Positions 49,991 to 60,735 of a stretch of DNA of 64,000 nucleotides are shown piece by piece. The DNA is from an uncultured bacterium (GTDB taxonomy: Bacteria; Babelota; Babeliae; Babelales; JABCYS01). The stretch lies in NCBI GenBank assembly GCA_963705705.1, contig CAVPKK010000003.1, positions 32,001-96,000 on the forward strand, read 5' to 3'. Made by a program: the position numbers and the translations under genes. Position 1 is the stretch's first letter, and each line of letters starts with the position of its first letter. A model generated the notes under the pieces. That model had not been told where the DNA came from, ran no database searches, and worked only from the letters and a program-made list of their open reading frames with translations.

Positions 49991-51756
49991 TATAAGAAAT
50001 CCTTTATTGGAATGGTTTGTAGTTGCGATGATGGTGCACCATATCTCTCAGAGATCATACCATCTTGCACAAGCAATACCCGATCGCATTGATCAAGAAT
50101 GGCTGGACGATGCGTAACCATAAGAATCGTAGTATCACGAGTGAGCCGCAAAATTTCCTGTAGCACCTGATCTTCTGTTTCTTGATCGAGTGCGGCGGTA
50201 CCTTCATCCAAGATTAACAATGCCGGATTGCCATAGAGCGCTCGAGCCAAAGCAATTCGTTGTTTTTGGCCGCCACTCATCTGGAACCCACCTTCGCCGA
50301 TCTGTGTATCGAGACCATCTTTGGCCTTCAGGAATTCTAGAGCCTTGGCTTTTTCTAGGCATGCAATGAGCTCTGTTTCATTATAAGGCCTACCGAGTAC
50401 AACATTTTCTCGTACAGTTCCCTCTATCAAATAGGTTTGCTGGGGAATATAGCCTATCATGCGCCACCAGCAGGGATGGGTTTCGGCTATTAATGGCGTA
50501 CCATCGATGCCGATGCTGCCAACAGTAGGTCGCTGTAACCCAATCAGAAGATCAATAAGAGTGCTTTTGCCGGCGCCACTTTTACCGACGATGGCAATAC
50601 GTTCACCTTGATTAATGTGCAATGACAGATTCTGGAATATAGGCCGCGTTTGACCTGCAAAAGTAAAGGTAAGGTCATTGCATGAAATATTTTTGGTAAA
50701 TGAGATGGCTGGAATGCTGGTCGGTTCCTGATCTATTGGTTTAGTGGTTGTATAACGCAACAGTTCATTCATACCTTTCTTCACAGCGCCTAATGAATAA
50801 TTGAGTTGCTGGTAATGATATAGAATGCGATTTATGGCAGGTACAAACTTGTTCAATGCAATGGCATACATAGAGAATAGCGGTGAGGCAATATCAATGG
50901 CCTGAAAAAAATGTGAGATACAGCCAGCAACCATAACAAAGAGCACAATAATAACGACCTCAAATGCTACACGTGGCGTAGTTTGTAAGGTCATCTGAGA
51001 TACTACCGATTTTTTTACCCCAGTAGCTGCTTGTTCAAAGCGTCGAGATGCTTGGCTTTCTCCTCCTACCAGTCGCAAGATTTTAAAATTGCCATGTGTT
51101 TCGTTAACCACCCGATAACATTCTTCCCAAGAATTTGCCAAAAGAGATCCAGCAGCTGAAACCAATCGATTGAGCGGTTTCATTAATACGCCAAGCAATC
51201 CGGCCATTACCGTTAATGCAAGTGTGAGTTTAAAACTGACCCATAGGAGCAACCCGTATATGCATGCAAATGCACCGACATCGATAATGATCTGCATAAT
51301 GTAGTAGCATATATTGCCATACTGCATACCATCTTGTGACAACAGCCGCCACAGTACGGCCGGGTTGATTGCTGCATATTCTTCATATGAATATCCCAGA
51401 AAACGAGTAAATGCGGCGCAGGCAACCTCTTTAAACCGTTCATAGCTGAAGCTATTAAGGTTATACGTGATCCATATTGATCCGAGCAATCGAGTAGCTT
51501 GCAATCCGATGATGATGGCTCCATAGGTAAGCAATGATGTTCCCCTACCCATTGAACCGAATCCGGATAGCAGATTGAAAAAGAATGTTCCTTCGAGTTT
51601 GTCAGGCGCTATCAAGAAGGTAAGAAATGGCATTAAAACGGCGGTGCTTATAAAATCAAGCAAGGTGAAGGCACCGGCTGAAAGCAGTAATACCCGTAAC
51701 TGGCGCCGGTCAGCCATACTCAGTGCGGCATACATTGCTTGTAATTCATGCAACAT
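49990..51756 (-). CDS. ABC transporter, fused permease/ATPase (PglK/WlaB-like)
   Basis: TM domain; GKSGAGKST, IGYIPQ, SGGQKQR, LILDEGT. Confidence 0.88.
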   Translation of the reverse strand: MLHELQAMYAALSMADRRQLRVLLLSAGAFTLLDFISTAVLMPFLTFLIAPDKLEGTFFFNLLSGFGSMGRGTSLLTYGAIIIGLQATRLLGSIWITYNLNSFSYERFKEVACAAFTRFLGYSYEEYAAINPAVLWRLLSQDGMQYGNICYYIMQIIIDVGAFACIYGLLLWVSFKLTLALTVMAGLLGVLMKPLNRLVSAAGSLLANSWEECYRVVNETHGNFKILRLVGGESQASRRFEQAATGVKKSVVSQMTLQTTPRVAFEVVIIVLFVMVAGCISHFFQAIDIASPLFSMYAIALNKFVPAINRILYHYQQLNYSLGAVKKGMNELLRYTTTKPIDQEPTSIPAISFTKNISCNDLTFTFAGQTRPIFQNLSLHINQGERIAIVGKSGAGKSTLIDLLIGLQRPTVGSIGIDGTPLIAETHPCWWRMIGYIPQQTYLIEGTVRENVVLGRPYNETELIACLEKAKALEFLKAKDGLDTQIGEGGFQMSGGQKQRIALARALYGNPALLILDEGTAALDQETEDQVLQEILRLTRDTTILMVTHRPAILDQCDRVLLVQDGMISERYGAPSSQLQTIPIKDFL

Positions 51757-51925
51757 GGCAGGATCTTTCTAATGGTTTAAAGGCTTTCGAGCTTATCCTA
51801 GAAAGGATAGTATGGGTAGTCTGAATAATTGAGTATAAAAATTTCGATAATTGGTTGACTTTGGGAATATCTGTACTAGTTTAACCGACGCCAAGTTAGA
51901 ACCACAAAAATCGATAGGGGACGCG

Positions 51926-52609
51926 ATGCTAAAAAAAGGTATATTTGCTGCCAGCATGGCCATGATGGCGTTTATTGTATACAACAGTAGTCGCGGTGGT
52001 ATGGAAGCAATTTTTAGTGATATTTATGATCGCCGAACCTGGGGACACGGAGAGTCGGCTTCAGGTGCTGGATCTTCATTAGCCGAAACACAACAAATTC
52101 GTCAAGCATTGCCGGAGTTATTTCGGGAGTTACAGATAAGTTCATTATTAGATGCACCGTGTGGCGATTTCCATTGGATGAAATCAATCAACGTTGATGG
52201 TCTATTAAAAGAATATATCGGCGCGGAAATTGTCCCAACTATTGTTGCTGAAAATGAAAAAAATTACGGCAATGAGAAAATTCGTTTTATACATGCGAAT
52301 GTGGCAAATGACGCATTGCCACTTGCTGACCTTATCCTGTGCCGCGATTGTTTAGTACATCTTTCATATGACACCATTCGCGAAGCATTGCGCAATTTTA
52401 AACGCAGTGGTGCTAAGTATCTTCTGGCGACCAACTTCATGGAAACAATCGAAAATAATGATGTGAGCGATACGCGCCAAGGCTATTCATGGCGTCGATT
52501 GAATCTTCTGCAGGCTCCATTTAATTTGCCTCAACCGATCAAGGTGATTGATGAGGGAATGCACAATAAATCCTTAGCATTATGGCGATTAGATGAGATT
52601 AATATATAA
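51926..52609 (+). CDS. class I SAM-dependent methyltransferase, N-terminal anchor
   Basis: ESASGAGS, LLDAPCGDFHWM, DLILCRDCLVHL. Confidence 0.85.
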   Translation: MLKKGIFAASMAMMAFIVYNSSRGGMEAIFSDIYDRRTWGHGESASGAGSSLAETQQIRQALPELFRELQISSLLDAPCGDFHWMKSINVDGLLKEYIGAEIVPTIVAENEKNYGNEKIRFIHANVANDALPLADLILCRDCLVHLSYDTIREALRNFKRSGAKYLLATNFMETIENNDVSDTRQGYSWRRLNLLQAPFNLPQPIKVIDEGMHNKSLALWRLDEINI

Positions 52610-53333
52610 AATTGGCTATATGATTTTGGCCTGTTTCGCATTAGCTAGTCCAAGAGTTTTATCCAACTCCCCAAAGGCAAAATCTCCGGCAATTTCTGTA
52701 AAATCAAAAGAGAAGCCGCAGATCCGCATAATACTTTCTGCCGCTCTTCTTGATAGTGAATTTGATGTAAGAAAAGGCCACTATATCAAATCCATCAATG
52801 CATTACGTGAATATGGTTATGAAAATCCATACATTGTTGATTCCGTAAAGCCAAAAGGGCCAACTTTTTTAGATGATTATTCAACTCATGTTCTTTATTC
52901 GCATGTAAATGATGCACGTTTGCTTAATAAGGGCGTAAATGAAGCAAGCTCTTTGATCGCAGCTTTTAAGCACTTTGATTTTAACGATGATGACATGATC
53001 ATTAAAATGACCGGTCGTTATTATTTTGCATCACGAAATTTTTTGGACGCGGTAGAACAGAATCCAAATGTGGATGCGTTCGTCCGCGTAGAGAAAAATG
53101 GGAACATTCTAACTGGTTGTTTTGGCCTGCGATGTAAATATTTCAAAGAGATGCTTGATAGCATAAACTTGGAAAGAATGGAGAAGGATTTAGTTTGTAT
53201 CGAGACGTTAGTTGGAAACTATCTCATACGTGCACGTATGGAGCATGATTTGAGCATTTTGTATTTAGACAAGCTTCATATTGCGGCCAATGTTTGGGGT
53301 TGGGGCAAAAATCATTTTTTCCAATATCAATAG
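52593..53333 (+). CDS. putative glycosyltransferase-like protein, signal peptide
   Basis: NKGVNE and IIKMTGRY motifs of a family found in glycan loci; island context. Confidence 0.5.
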   Translation: MRLIYKIGYMILACFALASPRVLSNSPKAKSPAISVKSKEKPQIRIILSAALLDSEFDVRKGHYIKSINALREYGYENPYIVDSVKPKGPTFLDDYSTHVLYSHVNDARLLNKGVNEASSLIAAFKHFDFNDDDMIIKMTGRYYFASRNFLDAVEQNPNVDAFVRVEKNGNILTGCFGLRCKYFKEMLDSINLERMEKDLVCIETLVGNYLIRARMEHDLSILYLDKLHIAANVWGWGKNHFFQYQ

Positions 53334-53395
53334 TAATAATGAATATATGTTGATGATCAATTGATTTGTAGAACCACTAATACAAGGAAGATTCA

Positions 53396-54268
53396 ATGAA
53401 GAGAAATCTATTACCAATATTATTGATGGTGCCGACATTTATAGCGTGTACTGTTGAAGAGTTTCCTTTCATAAAATTTCATCAGACCCGAGAGACACTT
53501 CTTAAATTAAAAGAAGTCATTGAGAGCAGGGAAAAAGGGGTATATCTACGGTTTGGTGATGGTGATGTCAATCTTGCAAATGGTCAGATCGACATGCAAC
53601 AAAATCCAAGCGAAGCATTAAAAATTGAATTGCAAGCAGCATTTCGCATTCAAGGGCCTAATGTGCTTAAGGCACTGCCAATCATGTGCAAGGAATTTGA
53701 TGCTTTGGAAGAAGGGATGTATCACTTAAATCATGGCGTTGAATATAAAGTTTGTTTAAGCTTTTTGCGTAGAACAAAACCATTGTGGGGCGATGAATTT
53801 ACTGATATTTACTCGCCCGTGGCGATTCACTTCGCAGCGACACAATATCCTGATTTAGCTATAGAGTTTTTAAAGTTTTTAAGGAAATCTCCCTGCTACA
53901 TGTTAGTTGGCAATAAGTTCATCCCTAAGGCGGTGAGGGATATCTTATTCGGTGAAAATTGTATTTTTGTTCCAACACCACCAAAACAGTCCTATAGCGC
54001 CATAGATCAAATCGAACAGGACTGTCTTCCTTATTTGGAAAATTCTAATGAATATAAGATTATTATTACTTCCATGGGCAATGCCGGTCGAGTATTGCAA
54101 AAAAGACTCTGGGAAAAGTTTGATAATATATTTTTATTCGATTTCGGAAGTCTAATGGATGCTTTCTGTGGATGGAATACTCGCGCTTGGATAGGATTGA
54201 CACGGTTTGATGGTCCGGCCTTTCTACGAATGCTGAAAGAAGAACTAAAAGCTGATGGTATCTGTTAG
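53396..54268 (+). CDS. GT-D fold (DUF1792-like) glycosyltransferase, signal peptide
   Basis: YLRFGDGD, SMGNAG, FDFGS. Confidence 0.7.
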   Translation: MKRNLLPILLMVPTFIACTVEEFPFIKFHQTRETLLKLKEVIESREKGVYLRFGDGDVNLANGQIDMQQNPSEALKIELQAAFRIQGPNVLKALPIMCKEFDALEEGMYHLNHGVEYKVCLSFLRRTKPLWGDEFTDIYSPVAIHFAATQYPDLAIEFLKFLRKSPCYMLVGNKFIPKAVRDILFGENCIFVPTPPKQSYSAIDQIEQDCLPYLENSNEYKIIITSMGNAGRVLQKRLWEKFDNIFLFDFGSLMDAFCGWNTRAWIGLTRFDGPAFLRMLKEELKADGIC

Positions 54269-54307
54269 ATAGATGATGTTCGCATTATTGTTAAAAGGGA
54301 TATAGCC

Positions 54308-55108
54308 ATGCCCAAAAAATTGAAACTTATTTTGCTTCTTTCTTTTTTCTCTTCCATTTGCGCGCCAATCTGTGGCAAAGATATTAAGGTACTTGTTTTG
54401 ATCATCGCATCCGATCAATATCCTGTATACATAGGGGAACAAGAAAGATGGCGCTCATACATGCACTATGATCCAGAGCATGTTGAGGCTTATTTCTTAA
54501 AAGATAACCCAGATTTAGCTCATGATGTTGAAATCCAAGACGATATTATATGGTGCAAAACACGTCCAGGATGGTCTGAGCAAGGATATGCCGGCATTTT
54601 AAACAAAACATTAATAGCACTGGAAGCATTAGAGCCAAGATTCAGGGAGTTTGACTATATTCTGCGCACTAACCTTTCTTCGTTTTATATCTTTCCTAGA
54701 TTCTTACAATTCTTAGAAACCCTTCCTCGCACGAAGTGCTATTCTGGCTCAATTGTCCCACATTGTGGGATAGCTTCTGGTTGTGGCTTTATCCTATCGC
54801 CTGATGTGGCAGAACTATTAGTCACAAACAAGGGTAAGATGCTAAATAATGCAAGCCAACCTGATGATGTAATCATGGGATTTTTTATTATGAAGCAATT
54901 GAAGATCAAACCAATTCCCCATGCGAGGGCAGATGTTACGACTATGGCCACATGGAATGATTTTAAAGAATCTATACCAGCGGATACATTTCATTTTAGA
55001 TTGAAAAATGATGATACATCGTTAAGAAGCAGCGACGAGCTTAATATTTATTCCCAGCTAATCAGTAAATTTTATGACCCATTTATTTTAAAGGAAGAAA
55101 ATGAATAA
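54308..55108 (+). CDS. GT31/galactosyltransferase-like protein, signal peptide
   Basis: GILNKT, FDYILRTNLSSF, SGCGFILS, PDDVIMG. Confidence 0.6.
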   Translation: MPKKLKLILLLSFFSSICAPICGKDIKVLVLIIASDQYPVYIGEQERWRSYMHYDPEHVEAYFLKDNPDLAHDVEIQDDIIWCKTRPGWSEQGYAGILNKTLIALEALEPRFREFDYILRTNLSSFYIFPRFLQFLETLPRTKCYSGSIVPHCGIASGCGFILSPDVAELLVTNKGKMLNNASQPDDVIMGFFIMKQLKIKPIPHARADVTTMATWNDFKESIPADTFHFRLKNDDTSLRSSDELNIYSQLISKFYDPFILKEENE

Positions 55109-55787
55109 ATATCTAATTGGTCTAGCAGCCCTACTAAATGTTATTGCCTGTCAGGCAGAAATTGAAGAAAAAAGGCAGCTGGATCAGCTATATCAACGGC
55201 ATTGCAGCACATGGTCCGATATTTGCGAGCATGTATCAGTACTTAGAAACTTGGCAGGAGAATGTGAGTCAGTCATCGAGATTGGCATACGAAGCATGGT
55301 TTCTACCTGGGGCGTATTGAAAGGATTATCCGAAAATAATCAGCCGATGAAACGTTACCTTGGCATAGATTTAAACTACCCGCCAATGGATAAGCTTAAC
55401 GAAGCCAAACGCTTATCGAAAGCCCTTGATATCGACTTCAATTTTTTGCAGGCTGATGATATGACGATTGATATTGAGCCGGTTGATATGCTTTTTATCG
55501 ACTCACTTCATACCTACTGTCATTTAACCTATGAGTTGGAAAAGTTTTCCCCAAAAGTTAAAAAATACATTGCCATGCATGACACCAGTGAGCCATGGGG
55601 AGATCGTGATGATACCGAATATCACGGCAATTATTCCGAATATCCAGCTGAATATAGCCGTACGAAAAGAGGTTTGTGGCCAGCAGTTCAAGACTTTTTG
55701 TTGCGACATCCTGAATGGCAATTGCATGAACGGCGAATGAATAACCATGGCTTTACGATTCTTAAAAGAGTAGTGGCAAACGCCTAA
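55101..55787 (+). CDS. class I SAM-dependent methyltransferase (Methyltransf_24-like), signal peptide
   Basis: VIEIGIR, DMLFIDSLHTY, IAMHDT, GLWPAVQDFL. Confidence 0.85.
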   Translation: MNKYLIGLAALLNVIACQAEIEEKRQLDQLYQRHCSTWSDICEHVSVLRNLAGECESVIEIGIRSMVSTWGVLKGLSENNQPMKRYLGIDLNYPPMDKLNEAKRLSKALDIDFNFLQADDMTIDIEPVDMLFIDSLHTYCHLTYELEKFSPKVKKYIAMHDTSEPWGDRDDTEYHGNYSEYPAEYSRTKRGLWPAVQDFLLRHPEWQLHERRMNNHGFTILKRVVANA

Positions 55788-55835
55788 GGCTCAGGACGAA
55801 TAGGCCATTTTAAATATCCAGATGAGAACAGCCCA

Positions 55836-57794
55836 ATGTGTGGAATAGCTGGTTTTTTAAATCTCGCTCACAAATCATTTCAAGCGGATGAACGGCTATT
55901 AGATCTGATGCAGCAAAGCATTGCCCATCGCGGGCCAGATGGCTATCGTCATTGGATATCAAAAGATAAGCAGCTTGGGCTTACTCATAGACGATTGAGC
56001 ATTGTAGATTTAACTGAAAACGGTGCGCAGCCAATGGTTACGCGCGATGGCCGTTGGGTTATTTCATACAATGGAGAAATATACAATGCCCCCGAGCTGC
56101 GCCCAGCCCTTGAGCAGTTGGGCTATCGCTATTCTTCTACTTCAGATACCGAAACTATCCTCTATGCATTTGATGCCTGGGGTATTAAAGCACTTGAACG
56201 ATTTGAAGGCATGTTCGCCTTTGCATTATATGATACCCATACCGATGAGCTGTTATTGGTACGTGATCGTATGGGTATTAAGCCTCTTTATTTTTCATTA
56301 CAAGGCGGCATTCTGAGCTTTGCATCGGAAATAAAAGCGCTTTGCACGTTGCCATGGGTGGTAAAAAAGTTAAACCCGCGCGGCTTATACCACTATCTTA
56401 CCTATATGGTTACGCCGGCTCCCATGACCTTGTATGAAGGTATATATAAGCTGCCAGCTGGCTTTTATATGAAAATTGATGCCAAGCGAAATGTTACCTT
56501 CTATGAATGGTACAATCCGCTCACCCCGACCATCATCTACAATCAGAAGGATTTAAACGACGAGCAATTCTGCGTTGATACTATTCGTACAATGCTACGT
56601 CGCTCCATTAAGCAGCAGCTCATGTCTGATGTGCCGTATGGCGTTTTCCTTTCGGGGGGCATCGATTCAAGTCTAAATACCGCTTTAATGTCGGAATGCA
56701 CTGATAAAGTAAAAACATTTAATGTGTCTTTTTCAGACGGGCCTGAGCTGAGCGAAGTGCAATGGGCTCGCAAGGTTGCCAAAGCGTTTAATACCGAACA
56801 TCACGAAATCGAGATTAATGAAAAAGATGCTTTCGATTTTTTTACGAAGATGGTCCATTACCAAGATGAGCCATTGGCCGATTGTGTGTGTATTCCCCTT
56901 TACTATGTAGCAAAATTACTACGAGATAGCGGGGTTGTGGTAGTCCAAATCGGTGAAGGATCCGATGAGCTATTCTGCGGATATAAAACATATGGCTCTT
57001 ATGTAGATGCTCATCGTAGCTATTGGCAGCCGGCGAACAAACTGATTCCACAGTTTGCACGCCCGCTTTTTAAACATCTTGCTACGCCATTGGTTCGAAA
57101 TAACATCTTATATCAAGATCTGATCCAGCGATGGTCTTCTAACCGACATCTATTTTGGACAGGCGCAATGGCTTTTTCGGAAACAGCGAAACAACCATTA
57201 TGGCGCGACCAGGTAGGGATCCCTGTGGTCGATCCGGTTATTGCTCAAATCTATCCCGAACTGAACCAATCCTATGATAGCTATGCCATTGTTGAATATC
57301 ATCTTAAACAATTATACAGGCGAGCCCCACAAGCTGATTTCCTTACCTCGATGATGTATTTGGAGTTTAAGCAGCGACTACCAGAATTACTGCTCATGCG
57401 GGCAGATAAGATGGCTATGGCAACATCAGTCGAAGGTCGTGTGCCATTCTTAGATCATCATTTGGTAGAATTTGCTTTCCAGATTCCAGCTTATTTTAAG
57501 TATAAAAACGGGGAAACAAAATATATTCTTAAGAAAGCATGTGAAGGCATTTTGCCGCATGACGTGATTTACCGGCCAAAGATGGGATTTGCGGCGCCAA
57601 CTAAACGGTGGTTCAAAGAAGGTACCTATTTTAGGAATTATTTTGGCGATTTGTTGGCAACCAAGAGGTCATCGCTGAAAGAATTCATGAATGTGAGTGA
57701 GCTTGAGCGTATGTTTAACACAACGCAAACTGGACAAGACTATTCGGTTCATTTATGGACTATCCAAAATGCTTTAGCAACGGATATATTGTAG
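55836..57794 (+). CDS. asnB: asparagine synthase (glutamine-hydrolysing)-family amidotransferase
   Basis: MCGIAG, HRGPD, NGEIYN, LSGGIDSS, GEGSDE, EGRVPFLD. Confidence 0.95.
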   Translation: MCGIAGFLNLAHKSFQADERLLDLMQQSIAHRGPDGYRHWISKDKQLGLTHRRLSIVDLTENGAQPMVTRDGRWVISYNGEIYNAPELRPALEQLGYRYSSTSDTETILYAFDAWGIKALERFEGMFAFALYDTHTDELLLVRDRMGIKPLYFSLQGGILSFASEIKALCTLPWVVKKLNPRGLYHYLTYMVTPAPMTLYEGIYKLPAGFYMKIDAKRNVTFYEWYNPLTPTIIYNQKDLNDEQFCVDTIRTMLRRSIKQQLMSDVPYGVFLSGGIDSSLNTALMSECTDKVKTFNVSFSDGPELSEVQWARKVAKAFNTEHHEIEINEKDAFDFFTKMVHYQDEPLADCVCIPLYYVAKLLRDSGVVVVQIGEGSDELFCGYKTYGSYVDAHRSYWQPANKLIPQFARPLFKHLATPLVRNNILYQDLIQRWSSNRHLFWTGAMAFSETAKQPLWRDQVGIPVVDPVIAQIYPELNQSYDSYAIVEYHLKQLYRRAPQADFLTSMMYLEFKQRLPELLLMRADKMAMATSVEGRVPFLDHHLVEFAFQIPAYFKYKNGETKYILKKACEGILPHDVIYRPKMGFAAPTKRWFKEGTYFRNYFGDLLATKRSSLKEFMNVSELERMFNTTQTGQDYSVHLWTIQNALATDIL

Positions 57795-57815
57795 TATTTA
57801 GACCAGTATACAAAT

Positions 57816-57843
57816 TTGACAAGAAGACGTGGCTTGCTACATT
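57816..57843 (+). promoter_or_regulatory. possible sigma70-type promoter for the 57937 gene
   Basis: TTGACA-16 nt-TACATT. Confidence 0.35.
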
Positions 57844-57936
57844 TCGGGCTGATTTATATATCATATAATTTACAAAAAAATAATTATTTTATTGCAGGCT
57901 GTGCATTTAATAAGCACGAGAGAATTAAGAGATACA

Positions 57937-58824
57937 ATGAAAAAAACATTAATGGTTGTGGGATTGCTTGTAGGCGCAGTTGGTGCGCAACGATGGTGGG
58001 TTCGCTCGTGCAATGCGCAGGAAAAAGCACGGATTGATAAAATTGAGCATGCTCGGCTTGAGAAGCTATTCCAGGAAGTTTATCAAAGCAATAAGGTTCA
58101 AGATTTAAGCTTGGCCAATTTGGAAAAAGGCACGCTACGCATTCCACGCAAGATACATCAAATTTGGATTGGGCCAAGGCCAGTTCCTGAAAAATTTAAA
58201 TGGATGATAGAAACATGGGCACAGCTGCATCCTGGTTGGGAATATAAGCTTTGGACTAATAAAGACTTAGAAACATTCCCATTGGTTAATAAAGAGGCTT
58301 TTGATTGCGCCACTAACTGGGGCATGAAGGCAGATATTCTTCGTTACGAAATTTTATACAACTATGGCGGTGTGTATGCCGATGTAGATTTTGAATGTAT
58401 AAAATCTTTCGAGCCATTGAACTATGCATATGATTTTTACGCTGGTCTTTTATCACCACACGAGATTGCCAATGGGCTTATAGCCTCTGCACCCGGTTCA
58501 CCTATCTTAGCCGCCGCTATTGAAGGGATAAAGAATAAAGCGCAACAGCTTAAGGAATGTGGTTCAACGGATTCTATGGCAATAATATGCGCTACCGGTC
58601 CGATTTTTTTTACCAATGTGGTTGCTCAATACTACCAAGAACAAGATGAAGCGAGCAGACAGCATATGATAGTTTTGCCCAAGGATTATTTTTATGCGTT
58701 TCCAAGTACTGAAAGCTATTGGACGGGAAAAGTAACACGTGAACGAGTGTTATCGTATGTTAAACCAGAAACTTTTAGCCTTCATTATTGGGCTATGAGC
58801 TGGAATGATGGAACAACTGCTTAA
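57937..58824 (+). CDS. GT32 glycosyltransferase, N-terminal signal/anchor
   Basis: IPRKIHQIW, ADILRYEILYNYGGVYADVD, ATGP, HYWAMSW. Confidence 0.9.
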   Translation: MKKTLMVVGLLVGAVGAQRWWVRSCNAQEKARIDKIEHARLEKLFQEVYQSNKVQDLSLANLEKGTLRIPRKIHQIWIGPRPVPEKFKWMIETWAQLHPGWEYKLWTNKDLETFPLVNKEAFDCATNWGMKADILRYEILYNYGGVYADVDFECIKSFEPLNYAYDFYAGLLSPHEIANGLIASAPGSPILAAAIEGIKNKAQQLKECGSTDSMAIICATGPIFFTNVVAQYYQEQDEASRQHMIVLPKDYFYAFPSTESYWTGKVTRERVLSYVKPETFSLHYWAMSWNDGTTA

Positions 58825-59830
58825 CAGGTTTTCGGATATTAACTTCTCCTGGTTGTATGAATGTACCAGGCAAAAGTTCGCCGGCCGATATCACGATGCT
58901 AAAGTCGCCAAGTTTTTCGGCCATAATTGAATAGCTCGATTCTGATCTAATCAAACAATCAAAATTGAGCATTGAGAAAAAGTCTTCTAATACATTCATA
59001 TCATGCCGATTTTCAGTGACCCTGCAATCGAATTGGATCGAAGGGATATTAACTTTACTGATATATCGTTGCACAAGTGCTTGCGGATTTTCATCGTCAG
59101 TAAATAAAAAAACATATAAAGGAACATGGCCAAGCACAGTGGAAAGCTGCTTAATCCGTTCGATATAAAATTCCTCGTAAGGGATTTTATAGGTAAGTAG
59201 CCCCTGGTTCCTATGAAAAACTTCCCTCGGATAGGTATCGAAGCTACCACCTTGCCGTACATGAACGGCGACGGTAATTATATCCTTTGGGGGCGTGATC
59301 AAATTAAGAGCATGTTTTGGTGCAAAGAGCGTGCGCAATGTTTGCTGAAATTCATGGTCAAACCAATCTATGGGGAATGCCTTCCAGTCATTATTATTAC
59401 TTATTTTATATTCAATCGGTGCCTCAGGAAAATAGGGGATTTTGAACAGCAGCTTTTTTGTATCATTTTTTATTTCTGTTTTTACGAGCGTTGACCCGCC
59501 ATAATGTTCAATGACATCATCAAATTCTAATTCACCAATGCGCGCATAGCGCGGCAGGCTATCACTTAAGACGAGTTGATCGCTGTAGGTAAACGGATCA
59601 TATAACAGCTCAAAGTTATTTTTTTGTGCAAAATAAATTGCGTGGGCTAAAGAGACAAGGTTATCGCCAAAGCGACCGCCAGACTTCACTTGAACGACGG
59701 CGTGGCGTTGATTGACGCAACCATTGAAGCGAGCAAGATATATAAGCACAGCCCAGATGCCGGCAATGGTAGCTGTAAAAATAAGTAGTCGACGTATATC
59801 AGTGTGATTGAGGACGCGATTTTTGGACAT
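58793..59830 (-). CDS. GT11-like fucosyltransferase, type II membrane anchor
   Basis: GRFGDNL, VAVHVRQG, FLFTDD, EDFFSM..DCLIRSESSYS. Confidence 0.72.
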   Translation of the reverse strand: MSKNRVLNHTDIRRLLIFTATIAGIWAVLIYLARFNGCVNQRHAVVQVKSGGRFGDNLVSLAHAIYFAQKNNFELLYDPFTYSDQLVLSDSLPRYARIGELEFDDVIEHYGGSTLVKTEIKNDTKKLLFKIPYFPEAPIEYKISNNNDWKAFPIDWFDHEFQQTLRTLFAPKHALNLITPPKDIITVAVHVRQGGSFDTYPREVFHRNQGLLTYKIPYEEFYIERIKQLSTVLGHVPLYVFLFTDDENPQALVQRYISKVNIPSIQFDCRVTENRHDMNVLEDFFSMLNFDCLIRSESSYSIMAEKLGDFSIVISAGELLPGTFIQPGEVNIRKPVKQLFHHSSS

Positions 59831-59857
59831 AGTGGTTCACGCCCAATAGTAAAAACT

Positions 59858-60703
59858 TTATGTCATCCAGCTCGTTGCCCAGTAATGAATGCCCATTGAT
59901 TCGGGCTGTACATAGGCAAGTACATTTTCGCGTGAAAGTTGGCCTTTCCAAAATTCTTCACGTCTGGTATTAGGCAAGGCATAGAAATAAGGAACCGGGA
60001 AAACCATAATATTTTCTCGATCTTCTTCTTTGGCTGATTGATAGTAGTCGGCGATCACATTAGTAAAGAAAACTGGACCTGTAGCATTAATTACGCCCAT
60101 ATTGTCGCCATTTTTTGGCATTTGCGCTGTTTGAAAATATTGCTTGATAGCACCAATAGCTTTCAATAAAGACGCTGATCCTGGGGCGGCTGCTATAAGT
60201 CCATTGGCAATTTCATGCGGCGACAAAAGACCTGTGTAAAGATCGTATGAATAATTCAGAGAATCAAATGGCTTTATACATTCAAAATCTAGATCAACAT
60301 ACAGTCCCCCGTAATAGTATAAAATTTCATAACGCAAGATGTCAGCCTTCATGCCCCAATTGGTTGCGCCATCGAATGCCGCTCTATTAATAAAGGGGAA
60401 ATCTTTTAAGTCTTCATTAGTCCATAGCTTATATTCCCAATCAGGATGGAATTTTTGCCATGTTTCCATGAGCCACTTAAATTTAGCAGGCAATGGTTTT
60501 GGCCCTATCCATATTTGATGAATTTTAAGAGGGATGCGTAGCTGCTGATCGGCTTTTTCACCAATCGCATGGGTTTTTTTATTTTTTTGATAAATTTCTT
60601 GGAAAAGGGCCGTAAGGCTTGCATGAGTATAAGTAGCTGGCAATACATTGTGTATGCTTGTTAGACAGAAAATCAATCCAAGCGCTAGTAATTTTTTATT
60701 CAT
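59858..60703 (-). CDS. GT32 glycosyltransferase, signal peptide (paralog of 57937-58824)
   Basis: IPLKIHQIW, ADILRYEILYYYGGLYVDLD, HYWATSW. Confidence 0.9.
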   Translation of the reverse strand: MNKKLLALGLIFCLTSIHNVLPATYTHASLTALFQEIYQKNKKTHAIGEKADQQLRIPLKIHQIWIGPKPLPAKFKWLMETWQKFHPDWEYKLWTNEDLKDFPFINRAAFDGATNWGMKADILRYEILYYYGGLYVDLDFECIKPFDSLNYSYDLYTGLLSPHEIANGLIAAAPGSASLLKAIGAIKQYFQTAQMPKNGDNMGVINATGPVFFTNVIADYYQSAKEEDRENIMVFPVPYFYALPNTRREEFWKGQLSRENVLAYVQPESMGIHYWATSWMT

Positions 60704-60735
60704 ATTAAATCTCCTAATAAATTAAGAACTATCCC

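Noticed and set aside
55787..55800. aggctcaggacgaa resembling the palindromic repeat
   Set aside because: Too short to distinguish from chance
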